A stretch of DNA of 64,000 bases from Squalus acanthias. Lineage: Eukaryota. The notes under the pieces were generated by a model. It saw only the letters and a program-made list of their open reading frames with translations. It had not been told where the DNA came from and did no database searches. This document shows, one piece after another, positions 60,021 to 64,000 of the stretch. A program made the translations under genes and the position numbers. The stretch spans positions 2,108,001 to 2,172,000 of the forward strand of contig CM059432.1 in assembly GCA_030390025.1 (NCBI GenBank). Direction: 5' to 3'. How positions within the stretch are numbered: the stretch's first letter is position 1; the number at the start of each line of letters is the position of its first letter.

Positions 60021-60524
60021 ATGGTATTTAAGACTTGACTTCCATGATTGTCTCCACATTTGTCTTGTTTGATAAGGATGAGGATTATATCGTGTATCCA
60101 CTTTTGTGCTGTTATATTTAGGTGTTAGTTATAAATAAAAAAATAAATGTAAAATAGAGTGAGGAATAATATGGCCATGGAAATTAAATTAAGTTAATTT
60201 AATTGAAAAATAAAGAACTAAGGAACAGGAGGCCATTCAGGCCTGTTCCACCATTCTATTAGATCTTAACTCCATTTACCCGCCTTGGTTCTGTGCCCCT
60301 TACCCAACAAAAATCTATCAATCCCAGTTTTGAAATGTTCCGTTGACCCAGCATTCATTGCCTTTTTGGGGAAAGGATTCCAGATTTCCTCTACCCTTTG
60401 TGTGAAAAAGTGCTTCCTGATTTCACTCTTGGAAAACCCAGTTCTAATTTTAAGATTGAGCCCCCGCTGTTCTGGACTGCCCCATCAGAGGAAATCGAAT
60501 CTCTATAGCCACCCTATCAAACGC

Positions 60525-60985
60525 TGTCAGCTGTGGCTCATTGGGTCGCACTCTCTCTCGCTTCTGAGTCAGAAGGCTGGGGGTTCAAGTCCCACTCCAG
60601 AGACTTGAGCACAAAAATCTAGGCTGACACTCCAGTGCAGCGCTGAGGGAGTGCCGCACTGTCGGAGGTGCCGTCTTTCGGATGAGACGTTAAACCGAGG
60701 CCCCGTCTGCTCTCTCAGGTGGATGTAAAAAATCCCACGGCGCTATTTCGAAGAAGAGCAGGGGAGTTATCCCCGGTGTCCTGGGGCCAATATTTATCCC
60801 TCAACCAACATAGCAAAAACAGATGATCTGGCCATTATCACATTGTTTTTTGTGGGAGCTTGCTGTGCACAAATTGGCTACATTACAACAGTGACTACAC
60901 TTCAAAAAATACTTCATTGGCTGTAAAGCGCTTTGGGACATCCTGAATTCGTGAAAGGCGCTATAGAAATGCAAGTCTTCCTTTT
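60525..60985 (+). mobile_element. DeuSINE-type SINE
   Basis: Head, body and tail are all present. Confidence 0.85.
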
Positions 60986-61129
60986 TCTTTCATTTGTACA
61001 GAGAATTGGTCAGACCCGATCTGGAGTCACCGTGTTCAGTTCTGGGCCCCGCACCTCGGGAACGACATACTGGCCTTGGAGGGGGAGCAGCGCAGATTCA
61101 CCACAATGATACCCAGGGCTAAATTATGA

Positions 61130-61762
61130 GCATGCGCTGAAACCTGGAACTTGCGATATGTCAAGAATCCTCCGCATCCCCGGGAGACGGGCCTCCGCGG
61201 GCGGAGAGTTGCGCTATTTGCCCAACTCCCACCCGCTGAATGCCTGTGAAATTCCTACGCCAGGTACAAGCAGGCGTTAGAGTTTAAAAAAAAATAAAAA
61301 TAACATTTTATCACTCATTTATACATTAAAAATCCTGTCCAATAAGGTAAGTTTATTTTAGCCCCGTTAAAACGTATTAAAAAAAAATTCCAAACATTAA
61401 ATTTTCGTTTAAAATATTTAATTAAATGGCATATTAATTAATTTTAAATATGTAATTAAAAAAAACATGTATTTCAACGTGTTCGTGTAGTTTTTTAAGT
61501 GATCCCTATTCATACTTGTACAAAGAGTATGAAGGGGGATTCCCGTCTTATTGGTTGGGACCGGCCCACGTGATCCATGAGGCGCTCGCGAACCGCCTGC
61601 GCCCCTGGGATACGTGGGGGTCAGCCCGCGCGGACCCGGGAGAGGCCCAGGACCGCGAGCCTCCGTATCTCCCGGGCCACCAGGTACATTGGTAGATTTT
61701 TTTTTTACAGTTCGGAGGCGCCCGCCCGCGGGGGGAAAGCCTCCGATCGCAATTTCAGGCCC
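61130..61762. mobile_element. Harbinger-like MITE, left end lost
   Basis: Colinear with 26470-27137; right end CGCAATTTCAGGCCC|AAT. Confidence 0.7.
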
Positions 61763-62089
61763 AATCTGTTTTATTGCTGTTGGATGAAGCCTCACTTCCT
61801 GCCCCTTGTAGTTCAGCCCTTGAGATAAAATTAAACATTCCATTAGCCTTTTTCATTAAGTTGCATATAATGGGATTATATAATTGTGGATGGAATGGGA
61901 GTTGAAAATAAATTCATGTGTGCGATGTATATTTGTGAAGAGTAAATATTTTATATGATGTCTGCATTCAATATCATTTTTATGGAATGTTGTGTATAAT
62001 TGATAAGCGGATGTCACGTTGCTGATGGAGAATTGAGACCAAGGAGACTATTGCGGTAAGACTGGACAATTGACTAGCTCACTGTAAAT

Positions 62090-62596
62090 CACAGAATCAT
62101 AGAAATTTACAGCACAGAAGGAGGCCATTCGGCCCATCGTGTCCGTGCCGACCGACAAAGAGCTCTCCAGCCTAATCCCACTTTCCAGCTCTTGGTCCGT
62201 GGCCCTGCAGGTTACGGCACTTCAAGTGCATATCCAAGTACTTTTTAAATGCGATGAGGGTTTCTGCCTCTGCCACCCTTTCAGGCAGTGAGTTCCAGAC
62301 CCCACCATCCTCTGGGTGAAGAAAGTTCTCCTCAACTCCTCTCTAATCCTTCTACCAATTACTTTAAATCTATGCCCCCTGGTTATTGGCCTCTCTGCTA
62401 AGGGAAATAGGTCCTTCCTATCCACTCTATCTAGGCCCCCCATAATTTTATACACCGCAATTAAATCTCCTCTCAGCCTCCTCTGTTCCAAAGAAAACAG
62501 CCCCAGCCTATCCAATCTTTCCTCACAGCTAAGATTCTCCAGTCCTGGCAGCATCCTCGTAAATCTCCTCTGTACCCTCTCTAGTGTAATCACATC
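62090..62596 (-). mobile_element. CR1 LINE 3' fragment
   Basis: ORF 62222..62593(-). Confidence 0.9.
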
Positions 62597-62940
62597 TTGT
62601 CAAGTGAAACTGAGCTGTAACTCAGTGCTCCGAGAAGCTGGTCAAATCCTATAGTCCTATAACCACTGAGTAGTCACGATGCGTAGAACTTTTGAGATGT
62701 TAAAAGGGTTTTCGTTTCAATTCTATGAAAGAAAACGAAATAAAGACTTGCATTTCTACAGCGCCTTTCACGACCTCCGGACGTCCCAAAGCGCTTTACA
62801 GCCAATGAAGTACTATTGAAGTGTAGTCACTGTTGTAATGTGAGAAACGCGGCACAGCAAGCTCCCACAAACAGCAATGTGATAATGACCAGATAATCTG
62901 ATTTAGTGATGTTCATTGAGGGCGAATCGTTAGCCAGGAC

Positions 62941-63098
62941 CAATGTTCCCCGTCAATATTTTTTTGGGGTGCGGGGCCCCTTTAAGGGGCCGCACGGCCC
63001 AGTGACGGTTCTGCGCATGCGCGAAACCTAACAGCGAAAAAGCCGGACCCGGGCAGCGTGGGATCGCCAAACGGCCGCACAGCTTTGTGGGAACGTTG
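62941..63098. mobile_element. 158-bp hAT-type MITE inside a minus-strand SINE (62745-63215)
   Basis: TIR CAATGTTCCC/GGGAACGTTG; 8-bp TSD GCCAGGAC/GCCTGGAC. Confidence 0.75.
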
Positions 63099-63517
63099 GC
63101 CTGGACACCGCGGAGAACGGCCCCTGCTCTTCTTCGAAATAGTGCCCGTGGGATCTTTTACGTCCACCTGAGAGGGCAGACGGGGCCTCGGTTTAACGTC
63201 TCGTCTGAAAGACGGATTTATATGTAATTTTTAAAAAATGTTTGAAAACACAAATGCCTTCCACCAATGAATGCGTTCAGCTCAAGGTCACCTACTTTTT
63301 GCATCTATCTATTCTTGCTGTCAATTTAAAATTACAGGCTATTCCCAATTCTCTCAGATTTCTAAATACACATGCCATCACCTGTTAGTGTTGACACACT
63401 TAGTTTCTCTGCCATCTGTGAGATCAGAAGGATCTTCCCCATTAACTGGAGAGAAACTGGAATTATCAGGAAGGCACACCTGACTGGCCATGAGGTCACT
63501 TCTGTCAACGGCTCTTT

Positions 63518-64000
63518 ACAACAACAACTTGTATTTATACAGCGTCCTTAACGTAGTAAAACGTCCCAAGGCGCTTCACAGGAGCGATTATCAAACTAAA
63601 TTTAACACTAAGTCACATCAAAAGCTCAATCAAAGAGGAAGGTTTTAAGGAGGGTCTTAATGGACGTAGAGAGAGGCGGAGCGGTTTAGGGACGGAATTC
63701 CAGAGCTCAGGGCCCAGGCAGCTGAAGACACGGCCACCAATGGTTGAGCGATTAAAATCGGGGATGCTCAAGAGGGCAGAATTAGAGGAGCGCAGAAATC
63801 TCGGGGGGTTGTGGGGCTGGAGGAGATTACAGAGATAGGAAGGGGCGAGGCCATGGAGGGATTTGAAAACAAGGATGAGAATTTTAAAATCGAGGCGCTG
63901 CTTAACCGGGAGCCAATGTAGGTCAGCGAGCCCAGGTGAACGGGACTTGGTGCGAGTTAGGACACGGGCAGCCAAGTTTTGGATGACCTCAAGTTTACGG
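63518..64000 (-). mobile_element. L2 LINE 3' fragment (runs off the window)
   Basis: ORF 63613..63975(-): LHWLPVKQRLDFKILILVFKSLHG. Confidence 0.85.

Larger units (their letters stand above)
866..64000 (-). other. ZNF521: Long intron of ZNF521 upstream of the large exon
   Basis: Follows the acceptor. No upstream exon with HSCDSCLQVFESL-like coding was recognised, and the content is repeats plus non-coding islands. Confidence 0.75.

Noticed and set aside
866..64000. Upstream ZNF521 coding exon
   Set aside because: No segment encoding the expected first zinc finger was seen; it probably lies beyond position 64000. A small or alternative exon cannot be excluded without RNA-seq.

Overview
Vertebrate genomic DNA, most likely a cartilaginous fish (shark-like), judging by the repeat complement. 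The only protein-coding feature is the 5' part of the large zinc-finger exon of ZNF521 on the minus strand (865 down to 1, running off the window edge). The remaining ~63 kb looks like a single upstream intron; I found no earlier exon. The intron is densely packed with nested, decayed mobile elements: CR1 and L2 LINE 3' fragments, a tRNA-headed DeuSINE-type SINE, non-autonomous PIF/Harbinger-like and hAT-like DNA elements, microsatellites, and a minisatellite derived from a LINE. Repeat-free islands between them are candidate conserved enhancers. The most notable structure is eight short Penelope-like retroelement insertions carrying minimal type I hammerhead ribozyme motifs in two families (palindromic helix III ACGU versus AGCU), five of them with 11-13 bp target-site duplications. 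One is an internally deleted 440-bp unit with a terminal direct repeat. Also notable is a Harbinger-like MITE family that inserts repeatedly into the same site of the SINE and keeps a hairpin + CCAAT/E-box module. Repeat boundaries were read by eye and are approximate unless TSD/TIR coordinates are given.
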